Assembly (NCBI GenBank): GCA_951406725.2
Contig: OX597814.1
Span: 48,236,001 to 48,300,000 of the forward strand
Length of the DNA: 64,000 nucleotides
Source of the DNA: Octopus vulgaris
Lineage: Eukaryota
Reading direction: 5' to 3'
The position numbers and the translations under genes are program-made. Shown one piece after another: positions 12,215 to 25,700 of this stretch. Within the stretch, counting starts at the first letter, position 1. Each line of letters starts with the position of its first letter. The notes beneath the pieces were generated by a model. It saw nothing but the letters and a program-made list of their open reading frames with translations. It searched no databases and was not told the origin of the DNA.

Positions 12215-13688
12215 CGCATGTATATGAATGAATCTGTGTATATGTGGCGACAGAGACAGGTGAAGTCATAGTCTACTTCATTATTTACCAAAGTAGGCAG
12301 GAGAAACGGGATCCATGAAAGTGGTCGTCCGTTTACCTTCACTGACAGTTGTCAGTAGCACCTGTCGACAACATTGTCCCCCCACCCCACCTCGCCCATT
12401 CTCGCCCACGCTCTTCTCCGTCCACCTCTAGTTACTTTCCTTACACACTTCAATTTATCGCTATCTATCCTTCCACTAAAAGTAGTACAACCAACACTAA
12501 AGTGAGTTTTCAAAGACAGTTGACAAATAAACCATAAGAAGAGCCAATATTTGTTGTTTACGTTAGTGGCTAAGGAGTAGGAAAGGTGTTTCACCTTCTT
12601 TCTCTTTCAAATCTTTTCATGTCTGTATACTATTCCCAACTGCTGGTTTAATCAGACTCTCTTAAGCTCCACAGGTGCTCAAGTTGTCCAAAGGTAAAAA
12701 AAAGAAAATGGAAGTAGCTGTAAATAACCGTTAGGAGGTATTGGTACCCTGCAATGGGACGTATTCACATGTTTCGAATTCATTGGATGCAAAGTGCTAA
12801 TAAACTTAATTTAATGAAGCACAAAGCTAAATGTACATTATGCATATATGCACAAGGGAATACCATAATCCAGTACTGTCATTTTTCTTGTCCTGACGGC
12901 ATGACACTCAAAATAGAGTGTGCAACTGTTCAAATACATATACATATGTGCACACGTGCCCTGTAAAAACACACCCGGCGCATTTTTTAACTATTAAACT
13001 GGTTTGGAATTGAAGTATGTTGGAACATTGAACACGTCAGATGCATACTTGAGATAACAGCTAACGTTTCTTAAGAAACAAAGTGAGGAAAAGAAAGAAA
13101 GAAAAAAAAAACGCAAGTTTAAAATAACTGGCTGTTCATTAAAAAATGTGAAATACGTGAGAATATAATACCCTTTCAAAGAATTTTGGAAAATTTCTAC
13201 TATATTTTGCAATGTTGCAATGTTTGCTAAAGGAAAAAAAAAGGCCATTCTAAAAGTCTGATTAGATAATCTAAACTTACAGAACTCTGTACAGTTCTTT
13301 GAGTGACACATTGGATCTTGAAATATATACAATACAGTGCTTACAGAAGTTGACAATTTTTTTTATATTTCGAAGACTTCAAGTCTCATGTCGTTTTTAT
13401 AAACATATTTTTCGATATGGATAAAACTAACGGAATAACAAAATAAATATAAACAAATTTAAAGAAGGTGGCAATATAGTGAAAGAAAAACAATTTTGAC
13501 AGCTCTTTTGATATTATCAAGAATCAGTAAATAGTGGGCAATGTACTCAAATGATATTCCAGGTAAGTCTTCATTTATTTATTTAGACCCTCTTTTTAAC
13601 AAAACTTATCTAAACACATGGTAATATCATATCATCTAATTGTTATCCGGAATTTTAAATGTTTTCTAGTTTTGGACAATCTGGAAAG

Positions 13689-13854
13689 CAGGGCCTGCCC
13701 AAGGGTTGCTGGTGCCTCGGGCAAGCTGAACTTCGGCGTGTACAAGCTGATGGTCGTGGAAATTTCCTTGTTTTTGTCACGTCCTCCTTGGCGCCCCCTA
13801 GTGCATGGTGCCCCGAGCGACTCCCCGAGTTGCCGGTACCTTGAGCCGGCCCAG
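13689..13854. mobile_element. GC-rich hAT-type MITE with 8-bp TSD
   Basis: Imperfect TIRs cagggcctgcccaagg and ccttgagccggcccag. Flanks ctggaaag (13681-13688) and ctggaagg (13855-13862) match at 7/8. Confidence 0.75.
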
Positions 13855-14173
13855 CTGGAAGGATACTTGAAATAATGTGTGATTGTTTACGTGATTATTT
13901 TATTTTTACCTCCATACTAACACGGCAGTAAATGTCATTTTCTACTTTTTAAAAACTTATAAAAAAGAATATTTGTAAAAAATATAACATAAAGCAGAAA
14001 AAATTTTCTGACTGGAGAAAACATGATATTGTGAGAAGAATTTTGATGTTGTGATGTAAATGAAACAAAATCGTTACACCTGGAATGTAAACATGGCCAG
14101 GATCTACAATCTTTAGGAACATAGCTCTGTTGTAAAGTAGTCTTTTGTTTGCTGATATCGTGTTTTCTAAAAC

Positions 14174-14228
14174 TATTAAATGTATTAAAATGTATTAAAT
14201 GTATTAAAATGTATTAAATGTATTAAAA
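14174..14228. repeat. Short AT-rich tandem repeat (tattaaatg/tattaaaatg units)
   Basis: Directly visible 9-10-bp tandem units. Confidence 0.8.
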
Positions 14229-15497
14229 GTAATTACTAAATGTAATTTAGAATTATATTACATGAGATCAATAATCATTATATTCTCAATGTCATTAATA
14301 CTGCATTTGATCAGTCCCATCTAGAACCGTTACATGTTAGTTTTTGAATATCAGTTCCTAATCAAGAGAATTTAATTTCTTTTAAAATGGTATTTCTGGT
14401 TGCCTTTTCCTGTTTCAGTGTATTGTATTTGTCCATTTACGCTGTGATATTTATGTCTTACTCAAAGATAATTATATAATTAGAAGTAAAATTGCTTCAA
14501 ATGGAATTCAAAACCACTTTACAGAATCGGATTGGATGAACCTATCAGTTTTTGTGACGTGTAAATAACCAGCATTAAATTTGACTCTGGAATGCTTTTC
14601 AAGTCCTAACAACATATTTGAGATTAATTGGTCCAAGTTAATTTAATTGCTACTACTCTTGTTCATAATAAGTCATCTTGATCGATAATGATAATGATAA
14701 TGATATCACTTGGCCGGTTGGGCGACTTGCCCAGACCAATGTAACACCTCCACGGGATCTATGAGGCGGGATCTATGGCCTAGGTTTTAGTCACTCTAGT
14801 TGGTCTTTTGCAAGCTGAAATATCTCTTTTGCGCTCGCCATGACTACAGATGATAGTAGTAGTTAACTGAACTGATTGATTGCAACCGTTGACAGTTTGT
14901 TGTTTATTCATACGTTCAGCATCTACTGATATTCGCCATTGATTCAATAAGTCCATCTGCCGAAATAGTTCACATCCCATATCCCATGATTTTAACGTAC
15001 CCTGGCTCGGATAGTTACATGCTATCTAAAACATATCTGGGACCTTAACAAGTGCTACTGCTCCGGGTCAGAGTAGACCTGGCAACAATGGTGTCTAAGA
15101 GGTGGTTCCACACTCCTCAAAACCCTAAAAACTCCCGAATTAAGGTTCCACTAGCGGATGCTATTAAAAGTCATATTCAGGACAAAGTAATTTGGTAGTC
15201 ATGATTAATTGCTATAATTTATGCTAAGTAACCAGTTTGATTCAAGAACAATATCATTTTAAATTATAAAAACCAACATTCATTGGACGGATGACAAGCA
15301 AATCTTCAATTTAAGTTATTTACAAGCTGATGAAAATCTCTGAACGTGAGTTGTAATTAATTTAGACAATTTTGTAGATTAAATACTGCTAGAGCATGGC
15401 AAAGTGAAACTAGAATTCGGTGAATGTGATGGCCTGCGTCGGATAATGGTAAAAGTTCTTAAAGCTGAATAAATTATTTTACAGTGATGAAGAAGAG

Positions 15498-15538
15498 AGA
15501 TCTCTCCAATGAAGGGTTTTACCCGAAACGGGAGATCT
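15498..15538 (+). ncRNA. Decayed minimal hammerhead-like motif
   Basis: agatctct-CCAATGA-a-gggt-ttt-accc-GAAA-cg-ggagatct. Stem I (8 bp) and stem II (4 bp) are intact, core 1 has two changes, and stem III with the cleavage triplet is deleted. Confidence 0.45.
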
Positions 15539-15649
15539 TGTTTTTATAAATTTTTGTGTTTTATGTTATTTACATACTTTATATTTTATATTATTCTGTG
15601 ACATAATTATATATTTCTTTTCACTAGAAACAAGGCTAAGTATTTTTTG

Positions 15650-15730
<81 letters not shown>

Positions 15731-15774
15731 CTCTATAAATATTTATTTTATTTATTTTATATTTACTATATATA

Positions 15775-15833
<59 letters not shown>

Positions 15834-16289
15834 ATAATAATAATAAGCGTCCGAATCATTGTCATTAGTGTTAAATCTATCAATCCTTTATGAGAGAGAG
15901 AGAGAGAGAAATTTCTGTAGGAATTGTAATCAGTATGTAGAGGGATGAAACTAAAGATTCCTATATTTATTGCAACGCCTCTATAATTTTTAGAAATCAG
16001 TCGTATCCAGAATATAGTTTTGTACATTAGCACACAACACATATTAAAAAGTGGAATACAGCCGATTAAATCGACGCCAGTACATGAAATTTTTTTTTAG
16101 TATATTCTTGGCACTTAGTACATTAGTATATTACCATATTTCTGCCGACTGATTTTAGTCTTCTGAATGAACTACAAGCAGTCAGCACCTGTGGGAATTG
16201 AATTCAGAACATAGCGACGAACTAAGAATTAAGATAAATTTAGTCAGGCGCTCGACTATTTTGATATTCCATTATTTCCTATAAAAAAG

Positions 16290-16505
16290 AGGTGAGCTGG
16301 TAAAACCGTTTACAACGCCAGAAATGTTCATTGTATTTCCACCAGCTCTTTACGTTCTGAGTTCAAATCTCGGGAGGGTCAGCTTTACCTTTCATCCTTT
16401 GAGGGTCAATAAAATAAATTACTCGTCAAGTACTACAGTCGAAAGTATTACCCAGTCCCTTCCTCTCAAAACTGCTGACCTTGTGCCTAAATCAGAAACC
16501 ATTAT
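16290..16505 (+). mobile_element. Diverged SINE (family A)
   Basis: ggtgagctgg...tacgttctgagttcaaatctcgggagggtcagctttacctttcatcctttgagggtcaataaaa matches the family A head and body. Confidence 0.7.
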
Positions 16506-16808
16506 CTCTCATATGATATAAGAATATTTATAGGCTTTCTTTGTACGATACACTTTGCCTATAAAGTTTTCCAATTGAGAAACATTGTTGTATACTTTGG
16601 GGCACGATATACTAACCAATAGGATTATGTTTTCTTTCACAATAGTGTTTCTTTTGGTTCTTCTTTAAGTGTATTTATTTTGTGCATATAAACACAAATA
16701 AGTATTGTAACAGCCATGCCTTCCACACAAGAATTAATGGTGTAAGCAAGTAAAATGGTTTCAACTGGAATTCCAAACATATTTGAGAATTAGGAATAGT
16801 TACATTTG

Positions 16809-16867
<59 letters not shown>

Positions 16868-17399
16868 CAATTTCGTAGGCAAGACATTTTGGAAAATAGT
16901 TGGCAAACTATCTCGCCTCTCAACTTGAAATTAAGCCTTCTTGTCCTTTGCCAAGGGATAATTTACTATCTTTACAGAATTCCTAATTAAGAAGGTTCAA
17001 CCAGCGGCTGAAAATTCCATTTCAAGTCTACCCAGGATCCGCTCAACAAAATTCTTCTACAACTCTCCGTTTTCACGCCCCAGTTTCATCACTACGTTTA
17101 CATAATCACCGATGGCGAAAACTCCTCGGCCCAACAAGGAAGTATCTACACAATCTTTCAACCTTCATGAAATAGAGGTTAAATTTCCCTTTAGTCGAAT
17201 TTCACCATCTTAAAAATGAGAGGCGCATAAGATAATGTAGTCTTCGATATACCATCTATGAAAATGTCCAGGAATGTAAAAGTAGGAAAGTCTTTGATAA
17301 TGAGTCTGCTCGATCAGGATTGGTTTGGGATAAACAACACATATTCCAATCGCTCCAACCCAATAAGGTGATTGGCCCCAGCATTCCTTTCAGCATCCT

Positions 17400-18450
17400 C
17401 AAACTGTGAACTCCAGATCTAGCTGCTACCGTCACGAAATTCTTTAATCACTGTTTCTCTTTCTACATGTGTTTATCTTATCTTTGGGAACACGCTTTAA
17501 TGTGTCCTTTTACCATTCCATAACCCCCCCCCCAAAAAAAAAACCCAGTCTTTCTGACTCTACAAACTACCAACATATTGTAACCACTGGCAACATCATG
17601 ATTACGGTAACAATTGTTAACAATCACCTTCTTTATTATCTTGAAATCACCATTCCTCCACAGTAACCAGCTTTACAGATTCCATGAATCCAAATCTACT
17701 GGAAACTTGCTTTCTTGTGTTACTCAATAGAGGTCATTCGTTCTTGAAAACTTCGGCGAAAGCAATGTCATTGTAATTGACACCACCGAAGCTTTTGACA
17801 ATGTCTTAGCACCACAAACATCTAATCATTACTCGTAACAAGAAAACAGTTTTGTATCTTACACTTTCTAGTTATAAGTAACGCGCTACAAAATCTCTCA
17901 ACGTTGGTATAATGTTAGACATCAGTTTCTAATCATCTGACATGGAAATCCCAAACAACGTAGTTCACAACTGCATTACAAAGATTCTGACTCCTGTTTA
18001 GAGCTAATATATTTCAGCCTTCTACAAAGATTAAGCACTACCCACACTGGAATACTGCTTACATATATAAGACAGTATTGTGTTACACACGCTAACATAT
18101 CCCGCAGTGAATCTAAAAGAACGTTATTCTGCTAATTGACAAAAATTTCATCACTAACTCATTCCATCATTCACTAACTTACGCTATTTCTTCTCTCTAC
18201 TTCTTCAATCGCTACGACAATGGCTTCTATTCTGAACTAACTCGCTACATACCATATTATAAGCCCACTCGTCCTGCTTATCTTTTCTCCTTCTACCTAC
18301 CTTAATATGTGCCATCTTGGTCTTGCACTAACCATTTCTCACAATTACTACAACCATCTGGAATTCCCTTCCCTTACAAGTTTTCCTTACGGATTCTAGT
18401 CTACAGATGTTTAAGTAACATAAACTGCATAAATCTCAACAGTCTTGAAG
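17400..18450 (+). mobile_element. Decayed CR1/L2-group LINE relic
   Basis: FGESNVIVIDTTEAFDNV-like RT motif at ~17752-17805 and a LYFFNRY.NG-like C-terminal motif at ~18195-18225. Resembles the 8290-9260 relic. Confidence 0.45.
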
Positions 18451-18544
18451 AACCTGTAGAAGGCATTGGTATTGTTCGTTCTCCTCTATCTTGTAAAAGG
18501 AGTATAATTTATAGATGGACACAGAACATAATGACTACAATATT

Positions 18545-19128
18545 CGTTTCTACTCTAGGCACAAGGCCCGAAATTTTTGGAGAGAAGGCCAGTCGATTAG
18601 ATCGGCTCCAGTACGCAACTGGTACTTAGTTTATCGACCCCCGAAAGGATGAAAGGCAAAGTCGACTTCGGCGGAATTTGAATTCAGAACGTAAAGATAG
18701 ACGAAATACTGCTAAGCATTTCATCCGGTGTGCTAACGTTTCTTATTTCTTTATTACCCACAAGGGGCAAAACATAAAGGGGACAAACAAGGACCGACAA
18801 ACGGATTAAGTCGATTATATTGACCCCAATGCGTAACTGGTGCTTAATTTATCGACCCCGAAAGGATGAAAGGCAAAGTCGACCTCGGCAGAATTTGAGC
18901 TCAGAACGTAACGGCAGACGAAATACCTATTTCTCTACTACCCACAAGGGGCTAAACACAGAGATGACAAACAAGGACAGACAAACGGATTAAGTCGATT
19001 ATATCGACCCCAGTGCGTAACTGGTACTTATTTAATCGATCCCAAAAGGATGAAAGGCAAAGTCTACCTCGGCGGAATTTGAACTCAGAACGTAGCGGCG
19101 TGCTAACGTTTCTGCCTGCTCGCCGCCT
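18545..19128 (-). mobile_element. Three tandem or nested copies of SINE family A
   Basis: The block aaggatgaaaggcaaagtc(g)acctcggc..aatttga occurs three times (~18645, ~18862, ~19047). The tail tacccacaagggg occurs twice. Confidence 0.85.
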
Positions 19129-19171
19129 TATAATGACTAGAATATTGAAGGAATATAATTTTTATTGCATG

Positions 19172-19230
<59 letters not shown>

Positions 19231-19409
19231 AAACTCTAACACGCTTATAAATGTCTATAAATGTCGATGCAGAGTGCATCTGAGTCTGAGCGATAATCCT
19301 GTGGACCCGATGTAGTTTTGGTGGCAGCCCGAGCATCTTATAACATAAATCAGGTTTTTTGAAGCACAAGTAAAGTCAGATTTGATTTTGAATTTTTGTC
19401 CCTCTTTGT

Positions 19410-20180
19410 ATATGTGTACAGGACGTCACCAAAAGTAAACAACACGAAATACGAAAATAAATGAGTTCAATACGCAAACAATGAGAGAGACAAATGGAAA
19501 ACAGGACAAGTAACATAAAGAACGACCCATCATCAGTTGTCGGCTGTCTATCTACTCTTCATTTCGAGCATTGAACGACAATATGAGTCTTCGAAGATAG
19601 TTGCTCCCACAAGTACCAAAATAAAATTTGGGATTTATGGAGGGCCAAAGTTGGGAACAAAAACAGGATAGTAGAGACATACAAGAAAACCGAACGCAAA
19701 CAAACATGGAGGGTCGTTTACTCGAAATGAGTTTTCCATTTATTTCTCTCTCCTCTTCCTTCTTTACTCTCTCTTTCGTTGCTCACACGTGACCATCGTC
19801 CATCTATCTTTTCTTCATGTGATCATCTTTCTTTTCTTTCAGAGCTGTCTTAAGGACTAGACGTATCATATATCTCTCTCTTCTGTCTTTTCTCTTGTCA
19901 AAGAAAATATTTTTCCAGCGTTCGCTATTTTACCCTCGTTCTGGTCTAATGACCCTCCATGTTTGTTTCCATTCGGTTTTCTTGTATGTCTCCACTGTCC
20001 TGTTTTTGTTCCAAACTTTGACCGTCCATAAATCCCAAATTTAATTTTGGTTCTTGTGGGAGCAACTGTCTCTATGTTACTTGTCCTGTTTTTCATTTGT
20101 TTCTTTCGTAGTTTGCGTATTGAACTCATTTGTTTTCGTATTTCATGTTGTTTACTTTTGGTGAGGTCCTGTACCCATAT
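19410..20180. repeat. Diverged inverted repeat pair (arms ~19410-19718 and ~19947-20180), probably PLE-like termini
   Basis: gtacaggacgtcaccaaaagtaaacaac... matches the reverse complement of ...gttgtttacttttggtgaggtcctgtac. The right arm lacks an internal ~90-bp segment and abuts (TA)n. Confidence 0.75.
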
Positions 20181-20181
20181 A

Positions 20182-20257
<76 letters not shown>

Positions 20258-20321
20258 TATATATGTCTATATATATTATTTATATTATTATTTGATTGAA
20301 CGCCACGCATCCATTTCCAAG

Positions 20322-20400
<79 letters not shown>

Positions 20401-20591
20401 CGTGTGTATGTGTGTGTGTATGTATGTGTGTGTGTGTGTGTCCGTTCTTTTAACATTTTAACATATATGTCCTTTTCACAGCATGCTATGTCACAAATTG
20501 ACGTAAATAGCATTTATAAGTAATAATAATTAGATTCCGTTGGAAAATCATCACATGAAAGAAAATCATGTCCTACCTATTTAAGTTCATA

Positions 20592-22039
20592 CTAGCACTA
20601 TGGCCCGCCGTTGCCGGGTCTAGTGCTAGTGCTTGTTGTTAGTGGCCGAGTCGCAGTAAAAATTTCTCACTAAATCAAGAGCTAAGTTTCTTATCACATT
20701 TCAGCCCGGGCCAGTTTTGTTGTTTATGAGCTAGTTGGAACTTTTTTATGAGAGTAATTAATATTCATTGGACTTCGGTTTTCACACCTGGAATGGCATA
20801 ATCATGGAAAATTAGCGGGACTGTGCACATGCCATTAGTCGGACAAAAAAGGAAGCAGAAGAAAGCGGAAAACTCGAATTTGGCCGCAAAATAGCATGAT
20901 TTTGAAAATACACATACATCTCGTTTGGTGAGTTTTGGTTTCACACCCAACCCAGTTCTGCGCAATCAGTGTCGCGACGGGAACGCATGGGTTGGGAGTT
21001 TGATTGGCAGAGGTGATCAAGTTGCACATGCCAGCCCTTTTGACATCCCCCTCACCTAACCCCCTCATCCTATGAGTGAATAGCAATGGTGGGAAGAAAA
21101 GTGCTGATTCCGGCGAAAAGGCAGAGCAATTAGAGCACAAAAAAAATCATTCAAAGTGATTTTATGAGTATGACGCATTGAAGCAAGTAACGCAGTAAGG
21201 TCAATAGTTATAAGTTCATGACGCATAGAAGCACGTAAGACATCAAGGTTAACTAAGGTATAAATAATAGGAATGCTTTTTCGCCGGAAGGCTAATTGGG
21301 CTCCCGATCCACTGAAATGGAGGAGGTTAGGTTCAGAACACAACTAAGCCTTCAACTAAAACCTAGACTAACCTTACGGAAGTGGGCTCGGGAGCCTCTA
21401 ATAGGCATCTTCTAATCCCGATCTATCACTAACCCATCATAAGGGTTCTAAATGACATGGCTGTAGAGGAAATTGGCTGTGGAGATGTGCATGGTGGGTT
21501 TGTTCCTTAGGAGGACGACTTCATTGGATTAAGGACCATTGAAGAATGTAGCGTTGGCGAAACTTACCAAAGCTTACCAACAGCCTTCACAAAAAGGGAC
21601 CTAGCCCTTGAACCTAACTTAATAAACATCTGACAAAGTGAGAATTGTTTTTGTTGAGGATAGCATTGGTATACCAATGCATTTATAAATGCTTATCCAA
21701 AATCTCGTTGTAAACAACATTGCGGGTTTTACCCCCAGGGGCATATACAAACAGGCATTCCTACTTCCAACGCGGGAGCAGGCATCATAAAGTTGCCCAT
21801 GCGAAAAGCATGGATCGCCAAATGTATTCTCGCGAATGAGAGTGTCTGTCTCTGCGATTTGTTAATTGATATCGCTTAATGGCTTTCTGGAGTGACTGGA
21901 GAAAATGAAAAGATCTTCACGACCACCCTCAGACAGTTTTGAAAGCCCATAGTAAATGCAAGCCTTTTCGTGAAAAACTGTGGATTTGTATAAAGGACAC
22001 ACAGACACACAGAGATTTTGCCGTTTATAGATATAGAGA
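20592..22039 (-). mobile_element. Non-autonomous Helitron, long copy
   Basis: Minus-strand 5' end tctctatatctataaacggcaaaat is homologous over ~160 bp to the 24333 copy. The putative 3' end is a palindrome plus CTAG at 20592-20630. Confidence 0.6.
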
Positions 22040-24099
22040 TAGTAAAATTAATTCATTGCCAAATAAATGTTCTGCAGTAATTCTAGAAGTATATATTTTC
22101 CGTTCGTTTGGGAAACTCAGTTTTGAAACGGAAAGATGGATTATATTGCCAAGTGAAACTAATTAAAAAGAATATAACTTTTTAAAAATATTCTTTTATT
22201 TTATATTACTCGAACAAGGTAAATGAATAGCTTATCATTTTAAATACTCGTCTTATGCAGAGCAAGTAAACGGAAACCTTAGTTTTATTATTATAATTCA
22301 TATATAGAATACTTTACAGGAACATTTAATTGGTCGAAGACTTCACTAGTACTTATTTTATTTAATTCCAAAAGAGTTTTAACGTAAAGAGTCTTAACTC
22401 AGATACTTTAGCGATTTTGTTCGACGGTCTAACGATTGTACCAATACCGTTTAATGTATTCTGAATGATTATAAAACCGAAAAAATGTTTCTTTCATATT
22501 TCAATCAGTAATACAGTATATTTGAGAGTTTCGATGTTACACAATTTGACAATGATGGATAGCTCGGATATAGTGCTGCAAACACTGAAAATTAGACGGT
22601 TTGATTTTATTAAATAGCACTGAATATTATCATTAAAAAGAGACAGGTTTCAAATACTTTCCATATATCTTGAAGTGCTAGCTTAAATCAATCCAGCAGA
22701 GAATAGTTCCATATTAAGACGACAAATTTAATTTGAATTCATGTGGTCTTGAAAAAGATAATTTTTCTAATTTGTAAGCAATGATATTTTCATAGTTTGA
22801 CGTGTGAGAAAGAAAACAATCCCTTGAAATATACAGCTTGCTTACATTGAGAATTTTATATTTGAAATTTATTTTTGTTACGAAATATGAAACAATTCAG
22901 AAAATGCTATGAAGGAGATGAAGTAATTGACTGCCTTGATCGGAATGTATTTATTTGGATTTAACGCAGTTCATTAATTATAAACTATCTCTTTTTTCAA
23001 GTATTCATCGTAAAACTCATGTAAGGGTATTTTTTGTTATTTTATATTAAGAATGAATGAAAAATGCTTTGTATTAAATCCTTTTGCAGAGTCTATTTCG
23101 ATTTGCTAAATTTACCAAATTTGTCATATATCAAAGTTCGTGAAATTTCTTCCTTCAATTTATATTACTCGATATTTTCACTAAGGAGAAACTACTTCAC
23201 TCAGCACGATTTAAAATTAATCCAAACTCTCCTTTTGCATCTACAGAATGGATGCACTGGTTGTGCAACATCAATAAGTTCATCATTTAAAGTAGATCCA
23301 TAAATTATCAGATAAAAGCAGTCTGTTAGCAGAAATCTTCTAAGTTTAAAATCAATCTATAGCTTTAATAATTCCCTTTAATAATTTGAAAAAGGAACAG
23401 CAATAAAATGCAATAATTCATTACCAAATGTGACGCATTAAATGTTGCAGTTTCAGCTACTTTTCGCGAATGAACTTTAGTTGTCTGTTGTTATTGTGAT
23501 GGTAGAGACGACGGCGAATTGCAAGCAAGGTCAATAGATAGATTGAGAGAGAGAGAGTGAGAGAGAGAGAGAGAGAGTAAGGGAGATAGAGAGAGAAAGG
23601 GAGAGAGAGGGATAGAAAGACAGTAGAGAAAGTTGTGACAACTGCAAATTGAGGGGGTAACAGTGAAAGATGGAAGGAAAAGGAACAAAAGAGAAACGCC
23701 AATGAATCGACATACACGCGCACACACTTATACATACATACATACATACTTTCTTTTTGTCTCTCACACACACATAAAAATACACATGCATACACACTGA
23801 GAACTGTAACGGTTTGTTGCATTGATGATGTTAGTAGGGTACTCGTGGGTTTTATAGCTAAAAAGTTGACACCGTATGTTTTAATGCATGCTCTTTAGGG
23901 TAAGCCATTGCCATAGCGCAACGTCGCCGCCACTTCCACCATTAACATGACTACCAACAACAAACAGAAAACAAGCATCATCATTAGCACGATCACTACC
24001 ATTTACCATTACCATCTCTTATTTTCTCTTGGTTTTCTCTTTCTCTGCCTTTCAACTCAGCCCTTGAAGCTGCTTCTCTGTAGGTGCCGCAAAAGGTGG

Positions 24100-25700
24100 G
24101 AACGTACCATTAATATACAAATAACCCTATCTGGTAGAAAAAGATGCAAATCAACCATAGAAAAAGAAACGAGTGCAGTTATGGAATCTGTTCGGAAATG
24201 GATTCATGTTCTTGTTGGACGCAATTTCACTATCATCGCTGATGAACGTCCAATTATCTTCATCTTTGATATCAGAAATCGCACTCCAATAAATACCAAG
24301 ATACAGGCATCTTTTTCTTACGCCATTAAATATCTCTCTATATATAAACGGCAAAATGTCTGCGTGTGTGTCCTTTATACAAATCCACAATTTTTCAGTT
24401 AGAGGGCTCGCACTTTCTATGGTCATTTAAAACCGTCCAAGGGTGGTCGTGCACATCTTTACATTTTCCCAGTCACTCCGCAAGGCCATTAAAAAATCAA
24501 TAGAAGTGATTTTTGGTGAATTTTCTATCCAAAACCCAATCAAAATGCCCAAAACTTGATACGCCAATTGAATGCCAGCTAGCTGTATGTGATTGGTCGG
24601 AGATTTGGACAGTACTCGCGTGTATGTGTGCACGCACGCAGCTGTATATGCATGCACTAGCACTATGACCCGGCGTTGCCGGGTTATAGTGCTAGTTATT
24701 CCATAAAAGACAATATTGTGTCATATGCATTAATGCATGCTTTCTCTGCATCTGCTTTGGCAAATTATATGAAATACACGAAAGGCTGTGCCCACCAGAA
24801 ATTATGAGAATGGTTCATTTTGTGCAATCTAAAAATCTTTTCTTTAGTGATAACGTTAAAAGAATTTTTTTTGTCGACTGCATATTGATCTTATGCCTCA
24901 ATTGTTTCGTCTCTTAAAAATCCTTTTTGGTCAAATTTTCTTAACCTATCAAGTGTCTTAGTGTTTGAATTGCTCTTCTCATCAATTGTATGCAGAACTT
25001 ATATCTCAGTTCCTTTGTCCACTAGAAGGTACTTTAGTCACCATTACTCAACCTATCTTAGAATTTCATTTCAAAGAGCCATTGGTATCTTCATTAATTC
25101 GCAAGTATTTCATTGTGGTCATTAATGAATTCTCAGTTTCATTTCGGAAAACCTAATCCAAGTATGAGTTTTGAAAAGTTTTCTAAAGAGTCGGTATCAA
25201 ATATTCACGTTGAGTGGTACTAAATAATATATCCATTTTAATCGCGAAATACTGTTACTTGTAAAGAATGTAAAAGATAATTTAAGTAAATGGAGAGTTG
25301 CTACGTACAAAACTACACCCATATGGCAACGATCGATTTTAAGGACACTATAAGATTATCTGGAAACCTGTTAAATTACTCTTTAAAACATAACCTCATT
25401 GATTCTCATCAAGAAGTACTGTTTCCTAAGGCGGTACTTCCTGATGCACTATCCACAATAAGGTCCCTACTCCGCCTTGCTACAAAGTGTACAGTCTTTG
25501 AAAGTTTTAAATGGCGCCCTCCCAATAGCAACACATTAGCGGCTTGGTTTTCATCTGATAAAATTCTATTTAGCCTATTTATTCGACAGAACAATAATGA
25601 TACATATGTTTATGAAACAGAATTAACTGAAGCAAATCCACAATATATATATGGTTTCCCAATTGTAGAAAAACAGTAGTATCATTCTCCTATCTTGTAT
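24100..25700 (+). mobile_element. Gypsy-like LTR retrotransposon pol relic (RNase H plus integrase), split by a Helitron
   Basis: RNase H motifs STIEKETSAVMESVRKWIHVLVGRNFTIIADERP and SFSYAIKY|..KDNIV..AL; integrase region FHFKEPLVSS..KYFIVVINEFS, VLPDALSTIRSLL and ELTEANPQY. Confidence 0.75.
24333..24695 (+). mobile_element. Non-autonomous Helitron, short copy
   Basis: A|TCTCTCTATATATAAA ... terminal palindrome ... CTAG|T. Inserted between A and T with no TSD; removing it rejoins the Gypsy RNase H motif. Confidence 0.85.

Noticed and set aside
13503-13562. 60-bp segment with good acceptor and gtaagt donor
   Set aside because: All three frames contain stops and it lies in decayed transposon-like sequence; at most a non-coding exon.
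19525-19570. CTGATGA (minus strand) with an upstream GAAA, as a permuted hammerhead
   Set aside because: Stems I and III cannot be formed convincingly.
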